64,000 nucleotides of DNA from Octopus sinensis. Taxonomy: Eukaryota. The notes below the pieces were generated by a model, which searched no databases, was not told the origin of the DNA, and was given only the letters and a program-made list of their open reading frames with translations. Made by a program: the position numbers and the translations under genes. The stretch covers positions 162,254,001 to 162,318,000 of the forward strand of contig NC_043000.1 in the NCBI RefSeq assembly GCF_006345805.1. The letters are read 5' to 3'. Below, piece after piece: positions 52,361-64,000 of the stretch; the first letter of the stretch is position 1, and every line of letters begins with the position of its first letter.

Positions 52361-53699
52361 TCTATGTTGATTTTTTACCACTGATTCTTCACACCACGAG
52401 ATTCTTTTCACCTGCGTGTTTTGTTTTAATTTTTTTGTGTGTTGGTATATTACATATTTTCCTGTTCTTCGGTGTGTTAATATTTTTCTGTTTTTTTCTG
52501 TGCATTTTTCTGTGTTAGTATTTTTCTGTGCTTTTTTAGTATTTTGTTAGTATTGTTAGTATTTTTACATATTTTTCATTTCAAATATTTTTGGGACTCA
52601 TTGACTGAGATGGATGGATTTATGATTTCACCAGGTTAATTCTGTTCATAAAAATTTAAATAAGGAGACTTTCTTAAACCATTAGCTTCACATTTCAACA
52701 GCTTAACTGAAATTTAGCCAACGTTACAGAAATTGAGAGGGATCTCGTGGAACAGAGAAACTGTGGGTGATATAGATAATTTGACATTATTTTTGAATTC
52801 TGCATGCAAAACAAATTTGAGATACAGGTATTCTTTTCATTGGGACAAATTCTTTTTTGACCAGTGTTATTTTTATCTTAGTTTACAAATCCAAGCTTGA
52901 ATATGTTATTCAACTTTGGAATTTTGGAGACAGACGCCCTCTCCTCTCACTTTCTCTCTCTCTCTCACACACACAAATGCATAAATGCACATATAAACTG
53001 ATATATGAATACATACATCCTCATGCACTTATATATTAATGATGTACACAAATACATGGCAGGTATACACAAAACTAAAATACGCATAAATCAAACACAT
53101 GCAAACAAATATATTAATATAACAAATTAAAATAATATTAAAACCATACAGTCAAAGAAGAGACAAAAGAAACAGTAAGATTATACCTGTTGATTTTATT
53201 AGGTATTTCTGTTTATGTAGAAACCTACAATGAACAGGTCAGACGCTAAACTCTAAATTCCACAGGGTAAAACCTTAAAGCTGACACCACTCCGCTAAAC
53301 GCAGAAAATTTCTGTCTTGCTATTGACTAAAAATATACAGTTTTTTTTCAATTTTTAAACCTCTGTAACTTTTTTCTACATTTTTTTTCTCCGCAACAAA
53401 GCAATGAGACTGGAAGGCTACATTATTACAGCCGATTTCCAGATTTTTTACTGTCTTTTTAAAAATGTATATTTTGCGAATGAAACAAAAACAAGATCCC
53501 TCGTTTTAATAATGTTTTTTATTTATCAATGGTAAAAAATTTAAGATTACGAAGTAGACAAACATGTTTACTCAAGACTCAAAGTTCAATAATATCAAAT
53601 ATGATTTAAATGTTCACAACATTCAGTAATATAAAAAATGTGGATCATCTTGCTTAAATGCACAAAAATCAATAGTGTTAGAAGTGATCGATAAGAAGT

Positions 53700-54560
53700 G
53701 TGGATCACCAAATATTCGGTCATACTGAGTTAAGAGGGAGAAAAACAAGGGAGAGATGAAGATAGTAAAAAAAGGGTTCTGTTACAGCTTCTGTGATTCT
53801 TTTTCCGTCGTGTGCAGGGATTTTCGCTTGTAACTGCTTTTTTTTTGTTTTTGGAATCCAGTGTATTTATAATTTTTTTTCTCTGAACGGATCTGAGTTT
53901 TGATTCGTTAAAGTCACGATGACGTCTTATTTTTCTGGTGGTCATGTTTGTCATTCTGTCTGGTTGACTTCCCTGTGAGGAGCAGCCATCAGCCGTTCCA
54001 GTTGGTTGATTCTTTTAAAAGGTCATTTTGTTATATTTACTGCAGCTCAGTTTTGATCGGAGGTAAAATTTCATTGGTGACGTCAGCAACTGGTGTTTGC
54101 ATAGTGTTATTGTATGGTGATTTGGATTTGCTGTTTCGAAACGCGAGTGGGAGACTGTTACTAAAGTTTTTTTTTTAATGATATCTGTTGTATATGTCTT
54201 TTTTTTGTGGAGACATTGGGTCTTTTCCCTTTTTTCTTTTTAGTGATTTTCCTTCTTTCTAAGGGATATTCAGCTGTGGTTTATATATTTTTTAATGAGC
54301 ATGCTTTCCTTATTCAAACAGAATTGGGTTGAAGTGTTTCCAGTGCAGTGATAGAGAGGGAAGATTTGGTATTTCGGGTTTATGTTTGCGGTGCATTGGT
54401 CTAGGTGATTGCTTACGGGAATGTTCCTGGTCGTGGGGTCCCGGATTTGTTGCTTATGTACTGTCAGTCTCAAGATCAAGCTAGTTTGACCTATGTAATC
54501 TCCATCACACCCTATACATTGTATGCGTGTAAATATTTATTGAAACCAATGGTAGCCTTA
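53700..54560 (-). mobile_element. Penelope-like element 3' part: GIY-YIG endonuclease remnant and downstream non-coding region
   Basis: Minus strand ...GCDGDYIGQTS.ILRLTVHKQQIRDP...SNHLDQC...ESMLIKKY.PQLN (~54260-54550). Confidence 0.75.
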
Positions 54561-54679
54561 CTCTTTACTCTTTTGCTCTTCTACTTGTTTCCGTCATTAA
54601 TACACAAATAAATAAATTCTATCCACCAATGCGGTGTTGAGCTATCACTTTCATCGTTTGACACTTACATATGTACACA

Positions 54680-54733
<54 letters not shown>

Positions 54734-54928
54734 AACACATTAATGCATATATATCTGTATATATTTATACATATGCGTCTATATCATGTATCTAACTATC
54801 TCTGTGATTAGATATATATGCATACATGAATTTGTATATAATTATGTATGTATATATGTGTTTGTGTGTATATATATATATATATATACATGCACAGATG
54901 CATATATATTTATGTCTTATACACAAAC

Positions 54929-54979
<51 letters not shown>

Positions 54980-55976
54980 CTTATTATGTATATGTATACA
55001 CACATCAACACACACAAACAGATACACGCTTATATCAAACTAGATATAAAATGAGGTATATCCTGTATACTTTGTTATATAGGCTCGTGATCTTTGTGTG
55101 TGTGTGTCTCAGTATGGAAATACGCTTGCTTGTATGATGTCGGTGTAAAGAACGATAAAAGAAAGAAATAAAATGCAGGAAGGGAGAGAAATAGAAAAAG
55201 GCTTTATACGAAGCAACACTGATCGGAAGTTCACAATAACCAATAGCGAAATTATGCATCGGGCTTCTGCTAATCATTTTTAGCAGCGCAGATAGCTATC
55301 AATCCGCCGAAATAATTTATAGTTCATCCGAGTTCTTGGAGGAAAAGATACAACTCAAAAGTAAAAAAAAATTCTGAGACATGTCTGCACGTTTGGCGCA
55401 GAAGAATATTCGATTAAATCAGTAGCAATACTTGGCTACTTATTTTTTCTATCGACCCCAGAATTGTTCAAAGTCAAGGCCACTCCCTTTTCTTTCTGCC
55501 TTCCATTTTTTATCTTTCTTTCCTTCCTCTCCCCTCTCTAACTTTCTTAAATATCTTTAACTCTATTCCTTCCTTCCACGAAAACATCTCCCGTTCTCTC
55601 TCTCTCTCTCTCTCTCTCCCCCTCTCCCTTTTTATTCTTTTAGTTGACTCCCTTGATGTAAAAATGACGCCACAAAGTACCTCAAAGTATTTTGTCAAGA
55701 GCGCTACCAATTCTGAACAAGTAAAGCCTTATAATTAATACTATTGAGAGTTTTCTCATGTTCTTAGTAAGTGATAATTTAATGTTGAACCCATACTGCG
55801 TGCTAACGCATATTTTACGATTTATATAAATCTGATAGTATAAATATGTTACAGTTATATACCTGTCATGGAAGATAATTTCAAAGGAATGACAACTCAT
55901 TCATTAAAAAAATGACGCCATTGGTTTTATGCACAAACTTACATATAAACAATGCACTACTGAAGTGTTCAAACTA

Positions 55977-56540
55977 TTGGGTTGTCCGGAAAGTTCGTGC
56001 TGATTTATAGTAGCTTATATTTCTACTTATTTTAGAACATGATTGAGTCAATAAAATAGGATTTGACTACACCTCCATTTAGAGCACAGTTTAAGCTATC
56101 TTTTCCTGGAAGAAGATTTATATTCCTATAACTTGTGTTAATTTTGTAACCTTTTAAAATGGAAGATAAAGTTCATTTCCGGCACTTGGTGCTTTGGGAA
56201 CCAGACAAAAATTGCTGCAGCTCGGCTGGGATGTGTTACCCCACGTTTCATATTCACCAGATATTGCTCCTTTGGATTTCCACTTATTGAGGTCTCTGCA
56301 GAATAGTCTTAATGGTAAAAATTTCAATTTCTTGGATGACGTAAAAAGATACCTTGATGAATTCTTTGCCAATGAAACTACCTCAATTCTGGGAAGAGGG
56401 TATTTTTAAGTTAAAGGAAAGATGGAGATGCGTTGTGTAACAAAATGGTTCATATTTGGTTGATTAAAAATGTAATGGCGAATATTTATTGACCTTTTTC
56501 TTTCCTTTAAAAATCGGCACGACCTTTCCGGACAACCCAA
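55977..56540 (+). mobile_element. Mariner element, internally deleted (564 bp), TA TSD
   Basis: 30-bp TIRs TTGGGTTGTCCGGAAAGTTCGTGCTGATTT with 2 mismatches; transposase C-terminus LLQLGWDVLPHVSYSPDIAPLDFHL (ORF 56194-56409). Confidence 0.92.
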
Positions 56541-56939
56541 TACAAATATTAAACTTTACAGATTCTGGATATTAGTAAAACTGAATATAAATGAGAAGTC
56601 TTCTTCAGAGCTAGAACATACAATCATTACTTCAGTGTGTATCTGTTGTCAACCCTCTACGGAGCTCAAAAGCGACTCATATTCTCATTTGAGAACTGGT
56701 GACATACCTGGAAAATGCTTCTGTTGCACACCACCTGCACTCGTGCTTTCACCCTTAACCCATCCCCCACACTCTGTTCATTTTTGCGTTATAGTGGCAT
56801 CTGTTCCTTTGAAGAAGTGAGATGTGTATGACTTTTGACTGAGCCTTCGGAACTGGTCCCAACTCCTATCTCATGACAGCTACTACGTCTCACCCGACAG
56901 CATCCTACACAATGTAACTCCCTCCATTACTGCTCTGTG

Positions 56940-57050
56940 AAGGTACGTGGCTTAGTCGTTAGGATATTTGGCTCATGATCGTAAGGTCGTGCGTTCGATT
57001 CTTGGCGCTGTGTCCTTGAGCAAGGCACTTTACTTCAAGTTGCTCCAGCC
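56940..57050 (+). mobile_element. SINE family C, 5' part
   Basis: GTACGTGGCTTAGTCGTTAGG...GGCTCATGATCGTAAGGTCGTGCGTTCGATT...GTCCTTGAGCAAGGCACTT. Confidence 0.78.
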
Positions 57051-58479
57051 TGAATTTTCAGAATCATTTTTAGAGGTAAGGTGCAACTTGCATGTATAAA
57101 TTGTAGTAAATTATAGAAATGGTGTTTAAGTGATTTCCTCCTAATCAATACAAAATAATCGCGGAAAATAATTAAAAAGAGAGCTAGATGAAAGAAGGGG
57201 ATATGAGATTGTGCTATTAAGTGCCTCGTAAATTTTGTAGATCTAAAAGAAGTGAGTCAACACATTAATCTAATAAAAGCAGAGAGAGAACTATAGAAAA
57301 GTATTTAATTGAGCGAATAACTGAGTTGCTATAAATTTGAATGTATATGTAATGAACGTATACTTCACTATGTGTACATATACGTTTGAACGTGTCTGTA
57401 TGTGTATGTATGTGTATGTATATGTGTGTAAGCGTGTGAAGTAATACCTTTATTTTAGTAATCGGTATGCATTTATCTACTTCATAGTATTGATTTACCT
57501 TATAATATATGTAGAATTATGTATGTATGTATATATGTATACCCTTATTTTTATATGCAAGCATGTATGTATATTGTTCTGACTCTTTCTTTCGAAATTC
57601 TCACCAAAGGACAAGCCGGTTACTAGCCTAGTACTTATGTCTGTCTGTCTGTCGTCTGTCTGTCTGTCTGTCTGTCTGTCTGTATGTATGTATGTATGTA
57701 TGTATGTATGTATGTATTGATTGACTGATTTAGCAGTTTGTATATGCAAGGTGCAATACTTTTTTTCTTTTGTTCTTTTTACGGAAAAGCTTCGAAACTG
57801 GTTGAAACGAAATCAATACATCTTTCTTTTGATCAACTAGCCCTGTAGTAAACAATTGTGGCGGGTCAACATCCGATGAATTTGAACTTACAAATCAAGT
57901 AACAAAAAATTAGTCTAAGGCGCCAAATACGCAGTGTTGTTAACATAACCAGTTATATAATACATAGTGTCAGGCGGCGGATGGTGGAAGCCATAAACAA
58001 CGAGTAAAATGTTGAACAGTTGTTGATAAGGGACCGCAAAGTGGAACCCTTCAATAAGTGAACACTAGTTCAGTCCTCGCAGCCCTACTTAGGCGAAATG
58101 TACTTGCTGAGGGACAAAACACTTGTGACCTTGAGATACTGCCGGACGATACGGAAGGATTTCAAGCATTGCAATGTACTTGAAAGAGTTCCCAAAACCT
58201 ATGAAAGAACCCCTGCTGTTTCTGCATGGGCAAAGAATCTCTGGTGTTTATTTCATCTCTTTCTATGCTTAGGTACGTTAATAACCCTTTGCTTGTCATG
58301 TATATCACATATGATACAGAGAACATAGTTCTGCCGTCTATAGTACACATTCGCAATTTTTTCCAGCTCTCAATATAACTCAGGAATAATATTACTTAGA
58401 ATAATATTACTTAGAATGTATGAAACACGGGCTAACTAAAATTCTGAAAACAAGCAGGGCTTTTAGGACAAAATAATCA

Positions 58480-59120
58480 TTTCTACTTTAAGCACAAGGC
58501 CTATAATTCGAAGGAGGGGGCTAGTCGATTACATCGACCCCAAGGCTCAACTGGTGCTTATTTCATCAACCTCGAAAGGATGAAAGGCAGTCAACCTCGG
58601 TGGAATTTGAACTCAGAACGTACCTTTAGGATAAAATAATGAAAACGCTTTGGGCGCACAAATGTTTAATGTCCTTCAGTTAAATCTTACCAAGGTCAAC
58701 TTTACTTTTTATTTCCTCGTAGTTTAATTAATATAATACTTTCTGCTATAGGCACAAGACCTGGATTTTGTGGGGTGGGGGATTGTCGACTATATCGACC
58801 CCAGTGTTTCACTGATATTTAATTTATTGACCCCGAAAAGATGAAAAGCGAAGTCGACCTCAGCGGAATTTGAACTCAGAGCGTGGCGACTGGTAAGCAT
58901 TTCGTCCAGCGTGCTAACGGTTCTACCAGCTCGCCGCTTAAGATTAATCAATATAACTGACATAAATAAAGCGGTGAATTGGCGAAGTCTTTAACACATT
59001 CTGCCGAAGCCGACTTTGTTTTTACCCTTTCGGGGTCGGTAAATTAAATACTTGGTTCAATGTACTCGGCTTTCTTTCTCCCCAAACACTGCTGGCTTTG
59101 TGTCAAGTTTTGAAATCAAT
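58480..59120. mobile_element. Cluster of three SINE family B copies (58480-58622 -, 58741-58938 -, 58970-59120 +)
   Basis: Shared GTCGAC/ATCGACCCC body and GAACTCAG B-box segments. Confidence 0.8.
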
Positions 59121-59597
59121 ATAACGACATAAAAAAATGAGGTTATCCGGTCTCATACCGCCAAAATATCTAAAACGTCTCACCTCGAACCTGCGTAAAA
59201 GTTCGTCTTATAAACATACACCAGTATTTGTGAGAGAGACTTTGCTGATTCTTCACCTCGTTTTTCCCTCCGAAAATAGTTTTCAGTTTGGCTTGTCGTT
59301 GTACACATCATAATACCTTTGTATTTTAAATATATTCTTTTTATTATTTGGCATGTGTGGCACCTGCAATTAATTATTTAAAGCTGTCTCCTCTTCTCGA
59401 ATCTGTTTCTTTCGCTCTCTCCTTCTCCCTCTGTCTCCTTTTATCTGTCCCTCTCTATTTCTCTTGCTTAACTCACTCTGCCGGTCTATGAGACTCTTTT
59501 CGTTTATCACCTACACTCCTCCTTTTCTCATTACACCTATATTCAGTTCTTTGTTAACCAAGAATAGGTTTGCTTTTCAGGTTAGCACCCTTACACG

Positions 59598-59635
<38 letters not shown>

Positions 59636-60450
59636 ACACACACACACACACAACACACACACAGGCGCACGTTGGTGCGCGTGCACATATACCCACCACT
59701 CATGGAGAACTAGTCAAAGGGTCGCACGCACGCGCAAACATACTGATAACAAATACGATCTTATAAACACATACACACACACACAGACATACACATTCGT
59801 ATCACACACATACAAGCCTGCACTCTTACATAGACACACACACACAAGCACATCTTACATGCAATCACATACGCAAGCATATACATACATACATACATAC
59901 ATACATATATGCTCAGTAACTTGTACATACGCAGTAAGCTGCACACAAGGGAATTTAAACGTGTCTCGGCCACACACACGCGCGAACACACACACACACA
60001 CACAATTATGCACACGCACTCGTGCACACATACACACACACAAACACGAGTAAAAACAAACGGAAACGATTTAAAAAAAATATCAAGGCAAGAAGTAGAA
60101 AGTGGAGAGTGAAAAACTGAGGAGTAGATTAGTCCAAGTCTTGTTCTGCTTTTTAATGAACAACGGTGGCAGCAGCAGCAGTAACAACAACAACAGCAAC
60201 ACTAGTAGTAGTAAATGCACTATTTAGAACACTAGTTACACAAGTTATTGTTGTTATTGTTCTCGTAGACATTATTCATGTAGTCTGTCTTCTGTTTGCA
60301 GTCATACTCATGCAGACATTCCCACTCTCTTACACTCTCGCTCTAAGTCTCTCTCTCTCTCTTTCTCTCTCTCTCTCATTCTCTCATTCTCTTTCTCTCT
60401 CTCTCTCTCTCCCGCTCACACACTCACTCATGCACACAGACACACACCTC

Positions 60451-60716
60451 ACACGCTCATTGTATTCACTTATACACTTACCTCTTTTATTTGAACTCCC
60501 CTTCTCTTACTCTCCTTTACGTCTCTCTCTTCCTCTCTCTCTCTTTCACACACTGACACACACACCAACACGCATACACACTCATACACCCAGAGCCACA
60601 CACCTACACACACACAGAGGACATTCCTCACACACTCATTGTATTCACTTGTACTTACCTCTTTTGTTTGAACTCATATTTTGCAATCAGCTCCCGTCCT
60701 CTTCCTCTCCTTTACG

Positions 60717-60749
<33 letters not shown>

Positions 60750-60900
60750 AACTCACACACACTAACACTAACACACCCGAGAGACACGCACACAGCACAC
60801 TCCCAACACGCTCATTGTATTCACTTGCCTCTTTTATTTGCTCTCACATTTTGCAATCAGCTCCCGTTCTCTTATTCTTCTAAGTCTCCCTCCCTCTCTC
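60451..60900 (+). repeat. Tandem repeat with ~177-bp period and microsatellite-rich units
   Basis: ACAC(G/A)CTCATTGTATTCACTT...CCTCTTTT.TTTG starts at about 60451, 60630 and 60806. Confidence 0.8.
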
Positions 60901-61245
60901 CCTCTCTCTCTCTCTTTCCCTCCCTCCCGCTTAGTCACATTGTGTTCACCTATACTTATCTATAGGTTATAATACATATCAGTAGCATGTAATGGTTACT
61001 AGTCTCACGTAGTGTGTTCTATGCTACCACGCTGATCCACAAATCTGGCATGAACATTACTTAAAAAAAAACAGAAGAAAACCTATAACATGGAAGCTTC
61101 AGACTTTTTCTATATATAAAAGGACCTCCTCCTGAGTGTATATTCATTATATTAGAAAACAAATTACTTCCAGGTTATATAATTATTTATAAAAATATAT
61201 AAGTTGCAGTTAAATAGTTTTCAACGCATTTATATATATACATAC

Positions 61246-61493
61246 ATACTCTTTTACTCTTTTACTTGTTTCAGTCATTTGACGGCGGCCATGCTGGAGC
61301 ACCGCCTTTTAGTCGAGCAAATCGACCCCATGACTTATTCTTTGTAAGCCTAGTACTTATTCTATCGGTCTCTTTTGCCGAACCGCTAAGTAACGGGGAC
61401 GTAAACATACCACCATCGGTTGTCAAGCGTTGTTGGGGGGACACACACAGACACAAACACACACACACATACATACACACACACATACACACA

Positions 61494-61573
<80 letters not shown>

Positions 61574-61714
61574 GACAAACTTCTTTCAGTTTCCGTCTAC
61601 CAAATCCAGTCACAAGGCTTTGGCCGGCCCGAGGCTATAGTAAAAGGTGCTACGCAGTGGGACTGAACCCGGAACTATGTGGTTGGTAAGCAAGCTACTT
61701 ACCACACAGCCACT
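61246..61714 (-). mobile_element. SINE family A, well preserved
   Basis: Full collinearity with the 9878 copy. Confidence 0.92.
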
Positions 61715-61805
61715 CCTATATATATATATATTATATATATATATATATATGTTCTTTTATTCTTTCACTAGTTTCAGCCAAATCTGGGGTCGTGCTGAAG
61801 TACAG

Positions 61806-61886
<81 letters not shown>

Positions 61887-61924
61887 TGTGTGTGTTTATT
61901 TATATGTATGCATGTATGTATTCT

Positions 61925-62800
<876 letters not shown>

Positions 62801-63330
62801 TATGTATGTATGTATGTATGTATGTATGTATGCATGTTTGTATGTATGTATGTAAGTATGTATGTATGTATAAGCACAGTTATGATTGTACAGTTAAGAA
62901 ACTCGCATTGCAGCCATCTTGTTTTGGGTTCATTTCAGTCCCACTCCACGGCGGCTTTTACACATATCTTCTGATAAAACCGCGGACCGATTAATGCCAT
63001 GTGAGTGAATCTAATAGACAGAAACTACCGAAATGTATCGCGTATATGTACGTCCGTGTCCTTGTATTTGAATTTGTTTTCCACAAGTGCCTGACAATCA
63101 GTGGTGGTTTGAACACTGGAGCCTATTTATTCGGCTAAACCCCTTCAAGACAGTGCCCCTGCATGGCCAAAGATCCAAACAAGTAAAAGCTAAAAAATGA
63201 AAGAACTTCCACCGCATAAACGAACACAATATGGCTGCCGTGAATTGATTTTCACCTTTCGGTCTCATTTCGTCGCCGTGGGTGCAGAATTTACAGATTC
63301 ACTTGATATGTCTAGAATATTACATCTCAT

Positions 63331-63523
63331 GCGGAAAGTTCCTGGCTTAAGGGTATCGTGAAAGGCCTGGTGGAGACCCAACCTTCTGAGTTCTTTTCAG
63401 GGCTTGGGAAAACTGAAAGGCCGCTGCAATAAGTGAGTGATTCTGAGAGGAGATCATGTTGGACAAAATCATAATTAACTTATTTTCTTTTACCCAATGC
63501 CAGAAACTTTTCAGCACCCCCAC
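63331..63523 (+). mobile_element. Short mariner-type MITE (same family as 1831-2028)
   Basis: GGAAAGTTCCTGGC ... GCCAGAAACTTTTCAGCACCCC inverted ends. Confidence 0.7.
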
Positions 63524-63574
63524 GTGTGTGTGTGTGTATGAGTGTGTGTGTGTGTGTGTGTGTATGTGTGTGTG

Positions 63575-63730
63575 TGTATTCTTTCTTTGGTTTTAGTGGA
63601 ACGAATCGACCCCCTGGTACTTATTTTTTAAAAGCCTGTTACTTATTCTATCGGTCATTTTTGCTGATGCTCTAAGTTTAGGAGATGTAAACACATCATC
63701 ACCGGTTGCCAAGCGGTGCTATGAGACAAC
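63575..63730 (-). mobile_element. SINE family A, 3' fragment
   Basis: GAATCGACCCCC.GGTACTTATT...TTATTCTATCGGTC...GTAAACACA. Confidence 0.75.
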
Positions 63731-63754
63731 TATGAATAAATGCGCATGCGAGAG

Positions 63755-63791
<37 letters not shown>

Positions 63792-64000
63792 ATAGATATA
63801 CTGGTTTACGTAGCATACAGGTCTATAGGTATACGGGTCTGTTTATCTGACACATGGTTATACACACATCTACTTCTCATTTTTTCCATCTCAATTACAG
63901 TAGTGCTCCAGCATAACCGTAATCATGATGTCTATAATGGTATAAAGAAATACATCTGTAGATGTTTTCGCACCACCACAATTTCGTTAACACTTTTCCA

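Noticed and set aside
60166-60765. 199-aa ORF
   Set aside because: Low-complexity CAG/CT/CA repeats; no domain.
60451-60900. CRISPR-like repeat-spacer pattern
   Set aside because: Eukaryotic context, degenerate repeats, microsatellite spacers, no cas genes.

Overview
AT-rich, microsatellite-saturated eukaryotic DNA. The SINE families and repeat landscape look like a coleoid cephalopod (Octopus-like); this is recognition from sequence style, not a database result. I find no host protein-coding gene I can support, so the window reads as intergenic or deep intronic. Most listed ORFs are translations of (CA)n, (TA)n, (TACA)n or (GATA)n tracts. The recognisable coding remnants are all from transposons: RTE-clade LINEs (an APE endonuclease fragment plus three 3' ends encoding C2H2 finger arrays), R4/Dong-like restriction-endonuclease LINEs, a Penelope GIY-YIG fragment, and Tc1, mariner, Chapaev3-like and hAT transposases. 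There are also several MITEs (Merlin-like, Kolobok-like, pogo/Tigger-like, mariner) and about 30 copies or fragments of three tRNA-derived SINE families. The most interesting signal is a family of small microsatellite-embedded elements carrying minimal hammerhead ribozymes: one copy has a canonical CUGACGA core and three share a non-canonical CUGUNGA (A6U) core. Other leads are a near-perfect 79-bp-arm fold-back, a SINE whose 3' end repeatedly re-enters its own 5' region, a MITE carrying telomere-type repeats, and a compact GC-box/CCAAT/X-box promoter-like cluster. Coordinates of degenerate repeats are approximate.
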